DNA of 64,000 bases from an uncultured Candidatus Rokubacteria bacterium (GTDB lineage Bacteria; Methylomirabilota; Methylomirabilia; Rokubacteriales; DASRDR01), in NCBI GenBank assembly GCA_963708025.1, contig CAVPSB010000016.1, positions 384,001-448,000 on the forward strand, given 5' to 3'. The notes under the pieces are model-generated. The model saw nothing but the letters and a program-made list of their open reading frames with translations. It made no database searches and was not told the DNA's origin. This document shows positions 40,568 to 51,447 of this stretch, one piece after another. The translations under genes and the position numbers were made by a program. How positions within the stretch are numbered: position 1 is the stretch's first letter; the number at the start of each line of letters is the position of its first letter.

Positions 40568-41443
40568 CTAGTACGCCCGCTGGCCGAGAATGCCGCGCGG
40601 CCGGAGCGTCAGCACCAGGAGGATCGCGACGAAGCCGATCGCGCTGCGATAGTCGGGCGACAGGAACAGAAGCGACAGCTCCTCGCCGATGCCGATGGTC
40701 AGCGCGCCGACCACCGCCCCCGGGATGCTACCCAGTCCGCCCACCACCGCCGCCGCGAACACCGACAGGATCGTGCGGAATCCGGTGAGCGGATCGATCG
40801 TGGTGTCGAGCCCGATCAACATGCCGCCGAGCCCGGCCAGCCCCATGCCGATGAAATTGACCAGCCGGGCGACGACGTCGGCATTGATGCCCTTGATGCC
40901 AGCCAGCATCGGGTTGTCGGCGACCGCGCGCATCGCCTTGCCGGTGCGCGTGAAGGCGAGAAAGGAGAACAGCGCCGCCATGGCCACGACGGCGATGCCC
41001 AGGTTCCGGGCCTGCTGGGGCCCGACCCGCAGGAGGGCGAAGCGCCAGTCCCGCTCGAGCGGCAGGGCGTAGCCACGCTGCTCGTTGCCGAAGGCGAAGC
41101 GGACCACGTTCTCGAGCGCGATGGTGAGCGCGACCGAGGCGATCGCCGTGGTCATGTACCCGGCCGGCCGGAACGGCTTGAGGACGATCTCGTCGGTGAG
41201 GACGCCGGCGATCCCGGCGACAACGAAGGCGGCCATCACCGAGGGCAGGACCGGGAGGCCCAGCCAGGCGTTCGCAACGTAGCCGGCGAAGGCGCCGATC
41301 GTGGCGTGGGACGCGACCGCGAAGTTCGGGAATCGCAGCACCGCGTAGATGGCGGTGAGGCCGATGGCCGGCACCGCCAGGATGGTGCCGGCCATCACGC
41401 CGTTGACGAGCAACTGGGCGACGTGGGCGAGCAGGGCGTTCAC
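40568..41443 (-). CDS. livH: Branched-chain amino acid ABC permease (LivH type)
   Basis: QLLVNG...AIGLTAIY..LRFPNFA, TRTGKAMRAVADN, GGLGSIPGA, RPRGILG. Confidence 0.9.
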   Translation of the reverse strand: MNALLAHVAQLLVNGVMAGTILAVPAIGLTAIYAVLRFPNFAVASHATIGAFAGYVANAWLGLPVLPSVMAAFVVAGIAGVLTDEIVLKPFRPAGYMTTAIASVALTIALENVVRFAFGNEQRGYALPLERDWRFALLRVGPQQARNLGIAVVAMAALFSFLAFTRTGKAMRAVADNPMLAGIKGINADVVARLVNFIGMGLAGLGGMLIGLDTTIDPLTGFRTILSVFAAAVVGGLGSIPGAVVGALTIGIGEELSLLFLSPDYRSAIGFVAILLVLTLRPRGILGQRAY

Positions 41444-41451
41444 GTGGTCGA

Positions 41452-42661
41452 TCAGGCGACCTTCAGGAACCTGAACCGCCCCTTCTCGACCTGGGAGTAC
41501 CGGAACTTGCAGTCGATGATGTCGCCGATCTCGTTGAAGTCGCAGGGACCGCTGGCCCCCTCGTAGTTGATGTCGCCGCCCTGTCCCGAGGAGCGCCAGG
41601 CCCTCGACCGCGCTGTGGACCCTGGTCCCGGACCCCTGGGAGATCTTCCGGATGGTGTCGCGGACGGCGGCGCCGGTTGGCTCCTTGGCGCGGGCGATGG
41701 CCAGGCAGGCCAGGCTCATCCAGTCGGTCGCCGCGCACTCGTAGGAGTCGGGCTCGGGAATCCCAAGCCGCCTGGCGGCGAGCTGGTAGGCCGGCGAGCC
41801 GACGTCGGCCGACGGCTGCACGATGTAGGTGCCCTCGGTCACCTCGGGGGGCATCGACTCCACCACCTTGCCGGTGACCGCGTAGGACTGTGAGAACCGG
41901 GCGCCGGCGTAGCTGGCCCGGTAGAGGTCGCGCAGGACGATGGTCACGTCGGGCGCGTAGCCGTTCAGGTAGACGAGGTCCGGACGGGTCCGCAGCGCCT
42001 GGTCGACCTCGGAGCGGTACGTCGTCTTGTCCTTGTCGTAGATCAGCGCGCCGGCCAGCTGCGAGCCCCGCTCCTTCAGCACCTCGCCGAGGCGCTCCTG
42101 GGTCGGCACCGAGAACGGCGCCTGGATCGCCATGATGAACACGCGCTTCATGCCGAGGCCCGCGATGAACTCAGCGTGCTTGCCCGCCTGCAGGTGGTTG
42201 TTCGGCTGGGTCCGGACCAGGTACCCCTGGTGGGGCAGCTTCGTGATGGAGTCCGCCCCCGAGGTGGTCATGAGAAAGGTCTTGCTCTCCCAGCAGAGCG
42301 GCGCGACCGCGGTCGTCACGGCCGAGGCCCAGGTGCCCAGGATCACGGGCACCTTGTCCACGTCGATCAGCTTGCGCGCCGCGCGGACCGCGGCCTCGGG
42401 GCTGGTCTGGTCGTCCTCGACCACCAGCTCGATGCGCCGGCCCAGCAAGCCGCCCGGGGTGGCGTTGACCTCGGTGACCACCGCCTGCATCGCCTTGAGC
42501 ATGCGCGGTCCGTCGGCCCCCCCGGCGCCGGTGAGCGGCGTCAGCACGCCGAGCCGGAGCGGCTGGCCCTGGGGGAAGCCGCGGCCCGGAAGCAGGCCGA
42601 GCGCGAGGGCGCCGGCGCCGGTCAGGAACGTCCGCCGTGAAGTGCCTCCGGTGGTCGTCAT
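41452..42661 (-). CDS. Liv-type ABC substrate-binding protein with Tat signal (frameshift near 41583)
   Basis: SRRTFL, LGVLTPLTG, EDDQT; true C-terminus DINYEGASGPCDFNEIGD...KVA* in another frame. Confidence 0.88.
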
Positions 42662-42709
42662 CTCGAGCCTCCTGCGAGCACACCGATGCCCGCGGTCGTG
42701 GTCGTTCGA

Positions 42710-43404
<695 letters not shown>

Positions 43405-43417
<13 letters not shown>

Positions 43418-44184
43418 CGCCGTGGCCCCATGTACGCCTCCTGGACCCGCTCGTCGGCCGCCAGCTCGGCGAAGGTGCCCTCGGCGAGGTGCCGGCCCTC
43501 GGCCAGGACCACCACGCGGTCGCAGAGCTGGGCGACGGTGTCCATGTGGTGCTCGATGAGGAACACGGTGACGCCTTCGGCGACCAGGGCCCGCAACTGC
43601 TCGACGATGTCCCTGACCAGCGTCGGGTTCACGCCGGCCACCGGCTCGTCGAGCATGATCAGCTTGGGATCGGCCATGAGCGCCCGGCCGATCTCCAGGA
43701 GCTTCTTCTGGCCGCCCGACAGGTCGGAGGCGGGATCGTTCAAGACCCGCGTGAGGCCGAGGCGGCGGGCGATCGCGAAGGCGCGCTCGCGCAACTCCTG
43801 CTCGCGCCGGCCGACGGCGGGGGGCCGCAGCAGGGCGTGGCCGAATCGCTCGCCGGGCTGCCGGTCTCCATAGAGCAGCAGGTTCTCGAGCACCGACAGG
43901 CGGGGAAACCCGCGCGCGATCTGGAATGTGCGCACGAGGCCGCGCCGGGTGATGCGGTCGGGGCGCCAGCCCGTGATGTCGCGACCGTCGAAGACGACGG
44001 TCCCGGAATCGGGCGGCACCAGACCCGAGACGCAGTTGAAGAGGGTCGTCTTCCCGGCGCCGTTCGGCCCGATGAGACCGGTGACCGTCCGCGCTTCCAC
44101 GGCGAGATCGACACCTCGCAGCGCGTGAACGCCGTAGAAGCTTCGCGTCAGCCCGCGTATCTCGAGGAGGGGCACCGCCAGCAC
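43405..44184 (-). CDS. livG: ABC ATP-binding protein (LivG type)
   Basis: GPNGAGKTT, RTFQ, LSGGQKK, LDEPVAG, IEHHM, AYMG. Confidence 0.92.
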
Positions 44185-44196
44185 CAGGTCGGCCGC

Positions 44197-45540
44197 TCAG
44201 TAGTGGAACTCGGCGATCACCAGGCGCCTCTCCACCATCGACCAGCTCTGGACCGCGAACGACTCCAGGTTGAAGCGCACCGGCACCGCGCGCGGCGCCC
44301 CGGGCGGGAGCGCGATCTTGCTCGACGACGCGCCCGGCACGCCCACGTTGACGTCCGGCGCCACCTTGCCGTCGATCAGGAAGATGTCACGGCCGTGGCC
44401 GAAGTACCCGCGGGGCCGGGTGATGCTGATCACGCTGCCCGCCTCCTCGTCGCCCTTGGCCATGCGGGCCGGGCGCAGGTGCACCACGTTGGTGCCACGG
44501 GGAAAGGGCGAGCGATAGATGTGCGTGATCGGGTGGTCCAGCAGCGTGACGACGAACTCGTAGTACACGTCCGACTTGCCGGGGAACGGTCCCCAGGCGC
44601 CGTCGGCGCCCGTCGTCCGGCGATGGACCGCTCCCTCCGACCGGGCGCCGGTGCGAGGATCGAACTCGAAGATCTCGACCGTGACCCCGGCCACCCCCAC
44701 GTTGTCGTAGCTGCCGCCGGTGACGCCGGTGACGTTGCCGTTCAGCGTCGCCGTCGTCTCCGGCAGGATCTCCAGCCGCGCCGGCAGGCGCCCGGTGATG
44801 AAGCGGTAGGTCTCGATGAAGGCGGACGCCCCGTAGGACGTCTCGCGATGATCGATCCCCGGCAGCACGACGTTCTCGGCACCCTTCAGCGCCGGCGCGT
44901 CGTAGGAGATGCCGGTCGGCTTGCCCGCCATGCCCAGGAACAGGCCGTCGGGCTGGGCGTACTTGTCGATCCGGTCGGAGCGGATCGTCATGAACCTGAC
45001 GCCGTCCACCACCTCGGTCGGGCCGCCGTTGAGTTGCCGCATGAACGGGCTGGCGCCGTTGAACTCGCTCCCGACCAGCGCCGTGTCGGAGACCAGCACG
45101 CCGCGATTGGTGCCGCCGCCCAGCACGACGTGGGAGACATGCGCCTGGCCGCCCCCGTTCCGCACGTAGTTGCGGATCGTGTTGGCGCCCCGGGAATTGC
45201 CGACCAGCGCCACCTTGGCCGCCCCGGTCTTCTGCTTCACCTCGGCGACGAAGGCGGCCAGCTGTGTCATCGCCTCCGCGGTCGAGGAGCGGCCAGCCTG
45301 CGGCTTGTCGTCAGCCGAGCGCGCCAGCGGGTACTTCAGGTCGATGGCCTGGAGGTGATTGCGGGCGTAGCCGTTGGATTCGAAGCGCCAGATCTGCACC
45401 AGCCACAGGGCGGCGGTATCGCCGTTGCCGTGCACGAAGACGATCGGCGGGTCGGCTTGCTGCGCGGTGGCCGGGAGAGGCAGCAGACCGAGCAGGGGCA
45501 GGACCAACAGCGACAGGAAACGCCGACGGGTGCATGCCAT
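44197..45540 (-). CDS. Exported alpha/beta hydrolase (lipase/esterase-like) with C-terminal beta domain
   Basis: TRRRFL signal, PIVFVHGNG, GNSRG nucleophile elbow, DHRE. Confidence 0.8.
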   Translation of the reverse strand: MACTRRRFLSLLVLPLLGLLPLPATAQQADPPIVFVHGNGDTAALWLVQIWRFESNGYARNHLQAIDLKYPLARSADDKPQAGRSSTAEAMTQLAAFVAEVKQKTGAAKVALVGNSRGANTIRNYVRNGGGQAHVSHVVLGGGTNRGVLVSDTALVGSEFNGASPFMRQLNGGPTEVVDGVRFMTIRSDRIDKYAQPDGLFLGMAGKPTGISYDAPALKGAENVVLPGIDHRETSYGASAFIETYRFITGRLPARLEILPETTATLNGNVTGVTGGSYDNVGVAGVTVEIFEFDPRTGARSEGAVHRRTTGADGAWGPFPGKSDVYYEFVVTLLDHPITHIYRSPFPRGTNVVHLRPARMAKGDEEAGSVISITRPRGYFGHGRDIFLIDGKVAPDVNVGVPGASSSKIALPPGAPRAVPVRFNLESFAVQSWSMVERRLVIAEFHY

Positions 45541-45757
45541 CGCGGGGGTCTCCCTTGTCGGATCGACGCCACGGGCCGATCGCGGCGGCCTCATCATCGC
45601 ACCGACCTCACCCCGCCGACAACTGGCTGGAGAGGCCTGGCCGCGACCGGCATTTGCCGGCCTGGCGGCCTGGTGCCCCTTGCCGGCCTGCATCCCCCTT
45701 GCCGCGCCCGGGAGTCGTCGCTATGCTGGGCCGCGATCCGACCAGGAGGCGGCGTGC

Positions 45758-46696
45758 ATGGTGACACTTCCACGCGCGAGGTTCGCGCACATCGGCGGCT
45801 CCGGGACCTGGGCCTTCTCCTACCCGGACGGCGCGCTGGAGGGTCACCCGCACCTGTCGGCCGAGATCGTCGAGCCCGACGTCCAGGTCGCCACGCCGTT
45901 CGGACCCTCGCCGTCGTTTCGCCTGTGCCGGCTCACCGACCGGCGGACCCGGGAGGTCCGCGACTACCTCTACGTCTGGATGCACGGGATCGATCCGGCC
46001 AACCCCGTCGATGCCCCGGGCCGGAGCGTCCACTCGAGCGAGCGGGTGTTCGACGTGCTGGCCCGGGCCGGTGTCGAGCACGTCTTCGTGGACAACAGCA
46101 CCGGGGCGGTGGCCGAGGATCTCGAGGCCTGGGACCTGGTCGACGTCGCCGACGTGCTCGACCTCTCCGGCGCGGTGCCCCGGCCGGTCGCGCGCGGGCT
46201 CATCCGGTTCCGCGACGGGCTCTGCCCGCGGCTTCGCGCCCACCTGGGGGCGGCGGTCGAGGCGAACCGCGAGCACTACGCCGCCGTGGCGACCGCCGGC
46301 GGTGCCCACCGCCCGCCCCGCCTCAAGCGGGACGGGCTCTACGTCCACACGCCGGGACCGTGGTTCGAGACCCCGACCGAGGATCGCACCTACCGGCGCC
46401 TCGGCTTCGACGTCGTCGGCAAGACGGCCGGCCCGGAGTTCCGGCTGGCCCGGATGTACGGCATGTGCCTGGCGATCCTGTCCATCGTCGTCAATCCGGC
46501 CGAAGGGCTGGGCGACTTCGAGGTCGCCGGCCTCGCGGCGATCTACCGGCGGTGCGGCCCGGCCATGGCCCGGATCGTCATCGACGCGATCGCCGCTGCG
46601 GAGCCGGCCAATCCCCGTCCCTGTCACTGTGCGGAGCCGAGGGGCAGCTCGCTCTTCGCCGAGTTCTCCCGCTTCGCGCGCCGCCAAGGAGACTGA
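45758..46696 (+). CDS. Divergent MTAP/PNP-family nucleoside phosphorylase-like protein
   Basis: HIGGSG, TPFGPS, LCPRLR, GPWFETPTE, DVVGKTAGPE..LAR, VVNPAEG, C-terminal CxC. Confidence 0.75.
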   Translation: MVTLPRARFAHIGGSGTWAFSYPDGALEGHPHLSAEIVEPDVQVATPFGPSPSFRLCRLTDRRTREVRDYLYVWMHGIDPANPVDAPGRSVHSSERVFDVLARAGVEHVFVDNSTGAVAEDLEAWDLVDVADVLDLSGAVPRPVARGLIRFRDGLCPRLRAHLGAAVEANREHYAAVATAGGAHRPPRLKRDGLYVHTPGPWFETPTEDRTYRRLGFDVVGKTAGPEFRLARMYGMCLAILSIVVNPAEGLGDFEVAGLAAIYRRCGPAMARIVIDAIAAAEPANPRPCHCAEPRGSSLFAEFSRFARRQGD

Positions 46697-46698
46697 TC

Positions 46699-47734
46699 AT
46701 GGCCCGATCGCGCTCGTGGCTCCTCCTCGCCCTCGCCCTCGGCGTCCTGGCCGGCGCGGCCTCGCACCGCCTGGAGCCAGGCGGTCGAGGTCAAGACCCA
46801 GCTCGGCTGGCTCCGGAATGGCGAGTTCGCGCCGATCATGGTCGCCGACGCCAAGGGGTTCTTCGCCGAGGAAGGAATCAAGCACCGGATCCTCGACGGC
46901 GGCCCCGGCAAGAACCCCGTCCCCATCGTCGGGGTCGGTCAGGCCCAGTTCGGCATCACGGCCGGCGGCAACAACGTCTACCAGGCGCGCCTGGCGCCGG
47001 ATCCCGTCGACATCGTGGCCGTCGGCACCATCATCCAGCGCGGCCCCTACGCCTACATCACCCTGGCCGACCGCGGCGCCCCGGACCCCAAGCCCAAGGA
47101 CCTCGAGGGCAAGACGGTCGGGATGCAGTCCGACGGGGAGATCTTCCTCCAGGCGCTGGCCAAGAAGCACAACCTCGACCTGAAGAAGATCAAGATCGAA
47201 ATCGTCCAGGCCAACGCCGAGCCGTTGCTGGTGGGGAAGGTGGACTTCTTCACCGCCTGGGTCACGAACCAGACCTACCAGATCGAGCAGGAGACGGCCA
47301 AGGCGGATGCGCCGCCTCAGATCCGCGGCAAGGTCTGGAAGGCGATCGCGTTCGCCGACTACGCGATCCCGACCTACTCGGACGTGATCTTCACCACCGG
47401 CAAGATCGTCCGCGAGAACCCGGATCTCGTCCGCCGCTACCTCCGGGCGGTGGCCCGGGGGATGGAGTACATCCTCGACCATCCGGACGAGACCGTGCAG
47501 CTCGTGGCCGGCTACCCGGAGCAGGTCGAGAAGGCGGACAAGCTCGCCTGGCGCTGGAAGATCCAGAACGCGCTGTTCGTGAGCGACGACACCCGGCGGA
47601 ACGGTCTCCTCTGGATGAACCCGAAGGTCTGGGAGGGCATGATGGCCTTCTACAAGGAGTACGAGCGCATCCCGCGCGTGCTCCCGGCCGCCGAGATGAT
47701 GACGAACGACTTCCTCCCCGGCATCAAGAAGTAG
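46699..47734 (+). CDS. NMT1/THI5-like ABC substrate-binding protein (frameshift near 46760-46790)
   Basis: Signal peptide; QLGWLRNGEFAPIMVADAKGFFAEEGI, GGP, PKDLEGKTVG, YSDVIF. Confidence 0.85.
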
Positions 47735-47750
47735 GCGACCGGCCTCCGCC

Positions 47751-48518
47751 GTGTCCGTCCCGATCTCGATCCGGTCGGTCTCGCGGCGCTTCGGGGGGAC
47801 GCTGGCGCTCGACCGCGTGGACCTGGAGGTGGCGCCGGCGGAGCTGGTGGCGCTGGTGGGACCGTCCGGCTGCGGCAAGACCACGCTGCTCCGCATCGTG
47901 GCCGACCTCGAGAGCCCCAGCAGCGGCGAGGTCCGGGTGGGGGCCGACCCGCCGGCGGTGGCCCGCCGGCAGGGGGTCCTCGGCCTCGTCTCCCAGCGCC
48001 CGGCGGTCTTGCCGTGGAAGCGGGCCGTGGACGACGTCGGCTTCACCCAGCGCATCGCCGGCCGGGTCGGCTTCCCCGCCCGCGAGCTGCTGCACGAGTT
48101 CGGGCTGGCCGGCCACGAGGGGAAGCGCCCCCACCAGCTCTCGGGCGGGATGCTCCAGCGCGTCAACATCGCCAGCGCGATCGCCCACGATCCGCAACTC
48201 CTCCTGATGGACGAGCCGTTCTCGGCGCTCGACGAGATGACGCGGGAAGAGCTGGGCGAGTGGCTCGGGCGGACGCTCGTCGCCCGGCCCAAGACGGTCC
48301 TCTTCGTCACCCATCACATCGACGAGGCGGTCCTGCTGGCCGACCGGGTCCTCGTCTTCTCGCCGGCGCCCGGCCGGGTCCTGGAGATCGTGCGGGTCCC
48401 GGCCTCCCGGCCGCGGGAGACCGAGTTCCGGCAGGACCCCCGGTTCGTGGAGACCACTGCCCACATCCGCAGCCTGCTCTTCCGCCGGGCCGACGGGGCC
48501 CCGGCGCCGGTGGCGTGA
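47751..48518 (+). CDS. ABC ATP-binding protein (TauB/SsuB type)
   Basis: GPSGCGKTT, LSGGMLQR, LMDEPFSALD, FVTHHIDEA. Confidence 0.92.
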   Translation: MSVPISIRSVSRRFGGTLALDRVDLEVAPAELVALVGPSGCGKTTLLRIVADLESPSSGEVRVGADPPAVARRQGVLGLVSQRPAVLPWKRAVDDVGFTQRIAGRVGFPARELLHEFGLAGHEGKRPHQLSGGMLQRVNIASAIAHDPQLLLMDEPFSALDEMTREELGEWLGRTLVARPKTVLFVTHHIDEAVLLADRVLVFSPAPGRVLEIVRVPASRPRETEFRQDPRFVETTAHIRSLLFRRADGAPAPVA

Positions 48519-49282
48519 TGGCCCGGCTCGGCCGCGTCCTGCTGCGGGTGGTCACCCCGCTGGCGTCGATCCTCGCGCTCTGGTACCTGGCCATCTTCCT
48601 CTCCGACCTGCCGGCCTTCGTCATCCCGCGGCCCGAGCGGGTGCTCCAGACGCTGGTCATCGAGCGGTCCTTCATCACCGTCCACCTGCTGGCGACGCTC
48701 GAGGCCGCTTCCCTCGGCTTCCTCGCCGCCAACGTGGCCGGCATCGGGCTGGCGGCGCTGTTCGTCGCGCTGCCGGCCAGTCGCCAGGTCGTCATGCCGG
48801 TCGCCATCACGCTGCGCAACGTCCCCTACGTCGCCCTCGTCACCGTGCTGTTCCTGGCGTTCGGCGGCACGCTCGGCACCAAGGTCGCCATCGTCGCGCT
48901 GGCCGGCTTCTTCCCCGTGCTCGTGAACACGTACCGGGGCCTCCTCGCCGCCGACCGGGTGATCCTCGACCGGATGCGCGTCCTCAACGCGAGCCCGAGC
49001 CAGATCTTCCTCCACGTGCGGCTGCCCTACGCCCTGCCCTACATCGTCTCCGCCCAGGAGATCACCGGGAGCGGCAGCATCATCGTGGCGATCCTGGCCG
49101 AGTGGATGGTCGCCACCACGGGGCTCGGCTACGTGATCAACCGCGCCATGCAGCAGTACCGGGGCGACGAGGTCTACGCGGTCGCGCTCCTGGCGGCGCT
49201 CCTCTCGTTCGGCATCTACACCGTGGTGCACGTGGTGGGGCGGCGGCTGGACTGGCAGGCGCTGCCGGAGGGACGGGCGTGA
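48518..49282 (+). CDS. ABC permease (SsuC/TauC type)
   Basis: VIPRP, FFPVLVNT, RLPYALP, AEW...GLG. Confidence 0.9.
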   Translation: MARLGRVLLRVVTPLASILALWYLAIFLSDLPAFVIPRPERVLQTLVIERSFITVHLLATLEAASLGFLAANVAGIGLAALFVALPASRQVVMPVAITLRNVPYVALVTVLFLAFGGTLGTKVAIVALAGFFPVLVNTYRGLLAADRVILDRMRVLNASPSQIFLHVRLPYALPYIVSAQEITGSGSIIVAILAEWMVATTGLGYVINRAMQQYRGDEVYAVALLAALLSFGIYTVVHVVGRRLDWQALPEGRA

Positions 49283-50256
49283 CCGGTCCCTGCCTCTGTC
49301 ACCTGGACCCGACCGTCGCCTACGAGGGGCCGGCAGCAACGCTCGCGACGCTGGGCGGCAGCCCGACGTGGGGGCTCGGCGATCGCTTCCACGAGTTCGC
49401 CGCCACCCTCGGCCATGCCCGGCTGGGCGTCGGGCGGCCCCGCACCCCGTACGGGCTCGGCCCGCAGGTGGAGCACTACCGGACGCCGTCCGGGCGGGAG
49501 TTCCTGCGCATCCCGACCTACGGGCAGGTGGCGGACGAGGACCCGCTCCTCCACGGGAGCGAGTGGAAGACCTTCTGGATCCTCTGGAAGGCCGGCGTGC
49601 GGCTGCTCCTGGTCGGCGGCACCAGCGGGAGCTGCGACTGGCGTCGGGCGGCCGCCGACGAGGACGCCGTCCGCCCGGGCGACCTGATCCTGCCGAAGAG
49701 CTACCTGACCCGCCACCCCATGCCGACCGGGCTGCCGGGGACCGAGCTGGAGTTCTGCCTGCCGCGCCAGGTGGCGATCATGGACGACCCGTTCTGCCCG
49801 CCGCTCGCCGAGGCGCTCCGCGCCGAGGCCGGGCGCCTGCCCGACTTCCGCTTCCGCCGGATCCACGGTCCCGAGGCCGGCGTCGTCCTGAACCGCTGGC
49901 TCGCCGGCAACGGCTTCGAGTCACTGGCGATGTGTCGCGAGATGGAGGCCTACGGGCGGCTCACCGGCCTGCCGGTCATCACGGGCGACTGCGTGAGCCC
50001 GGTCCTGGCCCGGGTCTGCGGGATGCACCTGCTCTATTACCACGTGGTGTCGAACTGGGGGACGGGGCTCGAGCCCGAGGACCCGACGATCGTCCTCGAC
50101 CGGCTCTACATGGAGACACTCCCGGCGGTCGCCGCCACGCTCGAGCTGTCGCTCCTCGACCGCCTCGCCGAGCCACCGGGCTGCCGGTGTCGCGAGCTCC
50201 TCCGCCAGCGACCGGCCGCCTACGTCCGGGCCCTGAGCCCGCCGGCCCCCGGCTGA
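49279..50256 (+). CDS. Second, more divergent MTAP/PNP-fold protein
   Basis: TLGGS, TPYG, AGVRLLLVGGTSGS, PGDLILP, DPFCPPL, FES, LARVCGM, VSNWGTG, CRC; GTGA overlap. Confidence 0.65.
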   Translation: MTGPCLCHLDPTVAYEGPAATLATLGGSPTWGLGDRFHEFAATLGHARLGVGRPRTPYGLGPQVEHYRTPSGREFLRIPTYGQVADEDPLLHGSEWKTFWILWKAGVRLLLVGGTSGSCDWRRAAADEDAVRPGDLILPKSYLTRHPMPTGLPGTELEFCLPRQVAIMDDPFCPPLAEALRAEAGRLPDFRFRRIHGPEAGVVLNRWLAGNGFESLAMCREMEAYGRLTGLPVITGDCVSPVLARVCGMHLLYYHVVSNWGTGLEPEDPTIVLDRLYMETLPAVAATLELSLLDRLAEPPGCRCRELLRQRPAAYVRALSPPAPG

Positions 50257-50330
50257 TCCGGCCCACGGCGCGACCGATGCCGGTTCGACTTCCCGGGGCT
50301 GGACGTATACTGAGTGGCAGGTGACGATCG

Positions 50331-50918
50331 ATGGCGATGGTAACCCAGCTCGCGACGCGCCAGTTCGCCGTCCGGGAGTACCAGCGGATGATCGATGCTG
50401 GCGTCCTCACGGAGGACGAGCGTCTGGAGCTTCTCGATGGACTCATCGTGCCCATGAGCCCCACGAGCCCCAGGCACGCGGCCCACGTCGCCCGTCTCGG
50501 TGAGCTGTTGCGCGGGCTCCTGGGAGGCCGCGCTCAGGTGCGCGAGGAGAAGGCCGTCGTGCTGGAACCGGCAAGCCAGCCGGAGCCGGACCTGGCGGTC
50601 GTCCGCCCCCGAGTCGATTTCTACGCCGAGTCTCATCCCGATCGCGCCGACGTCCTCTTCCTGATCGAGGTGGCGGATACCTCGCTCGAGCGCGACCGCG
50701 GTGTGAAGCTCGGCATCTACGCGGCGGCCGGTATCCCGACCGTCTGGGTACTCGATCTCCCTGCCGATCGACTGTGGGTTGCGTCGGGGCCACGCGGCCG
50801 AGAGTATACCGGTCTCGTGGAGTTCCGGCGTTCGGACAGCTCCCGACTTCTGCCCATCCCGGGGGTTCAAGACCTTCATCTGGCAGTCGACGACGTCCTC
50901 GGCCCCCTCTCCCGGTAG
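50331..50918 (+). CDS. Uma2 (DUF820) family endonuclease-fold protein
   Basis: EYQRM..AG...ERLELLDG..MSP..H, PEPDLAV, IEVADTSL.RDR..K..IYA.AGIP. Confidence 0.92.
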   Translation: MAMVTQLATRQFAVREYQRMIDAGVLTEDERLELLDGLIVPMSPTSPRHAAHVARLGELLRGLLGGRAQVREEKAVVLEPASQPEPDLAVVRPRVDFYAESHPDRADVLFLIEVADTSLERDRGVKLGIYAAAGIPTVWVLDLPADRLWVASGPRGREYTGLVEFRRSDSSRLLPIPGVQDLHLAVDDVLGPLSR

Positions 50919-51083
50919 CCGAGGAGCTCGCGCCCGTGTCCCGGTCCTGAGCCCGCGCTGTCCGTCGGCCGGGGGGGGGACGGGAGCGAATCAGCCACCC
51001 CACCGACCGTCGGCTTCTCGCAACCCACTGGCTCCGGCCGCGCGGCCGGGAATCGGGGGGTCTTCCTAGACTTCCCGAAGACC

Positions 51084-51435
51084 TCAGCCCCCGGCGGCGG
51101 CCCCGGCCGGGCGGGGCTGGATGTCCGGCTCCACGAAGATCCACCTCGCGTCCGGACGGCGGGCCCGCAGCTTCGTCTCGAACCGGTTGATGGCCGCGGG
51201 GATCTCCTTGGCGGAGACGGCGGGAGCGAACTCGACCTTCATCGCCAGCAGGACCTCGCCCGGCCCCTGCTGGACGGTGATGATCCGCCACACCGCCTGC
51301 ATGGCCGGCTCGCCGGTCACGATCTCCCGGACGGCCAGCTCCAGATCGGGCTCGGCCCGCTCGCCGACCAGGAGCGACTTGACCTCGACCGCCAGGAAGA
51401 CGGCGACCACGATCAGCACCAGCCCGATGGCGATG
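51084..51435 (-). pseudogene. C-terminal remnant of a cation diffusion facilitator
   Basis: IAIGLVLIVVAVFLAVEVKSLLVGE...GPGEVLL...INRFE..LR..P...WIFVEPD; N-terminal TM region absent. Confidence 0.7.
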
Positions 51436-51447
51436 CGCCTCCTCCGG

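Noticed and set aside
40568-42661. Apparent SBP-LivH fusion (697 aa)
   Set aside because: A single indel near 41583 explains it; the normal SBP C-terminus and stop are present in another frame at 41452
43489-48207. 1572-aa plus-strand ORF and other long overlapping ORFs (e.g. 9481-11592, 51885-54005, 61925-63826)
   Set aside because: Shadow or off-frame ORFs typical of high-GC DNA; they overlap well-supported genes and have no motifs
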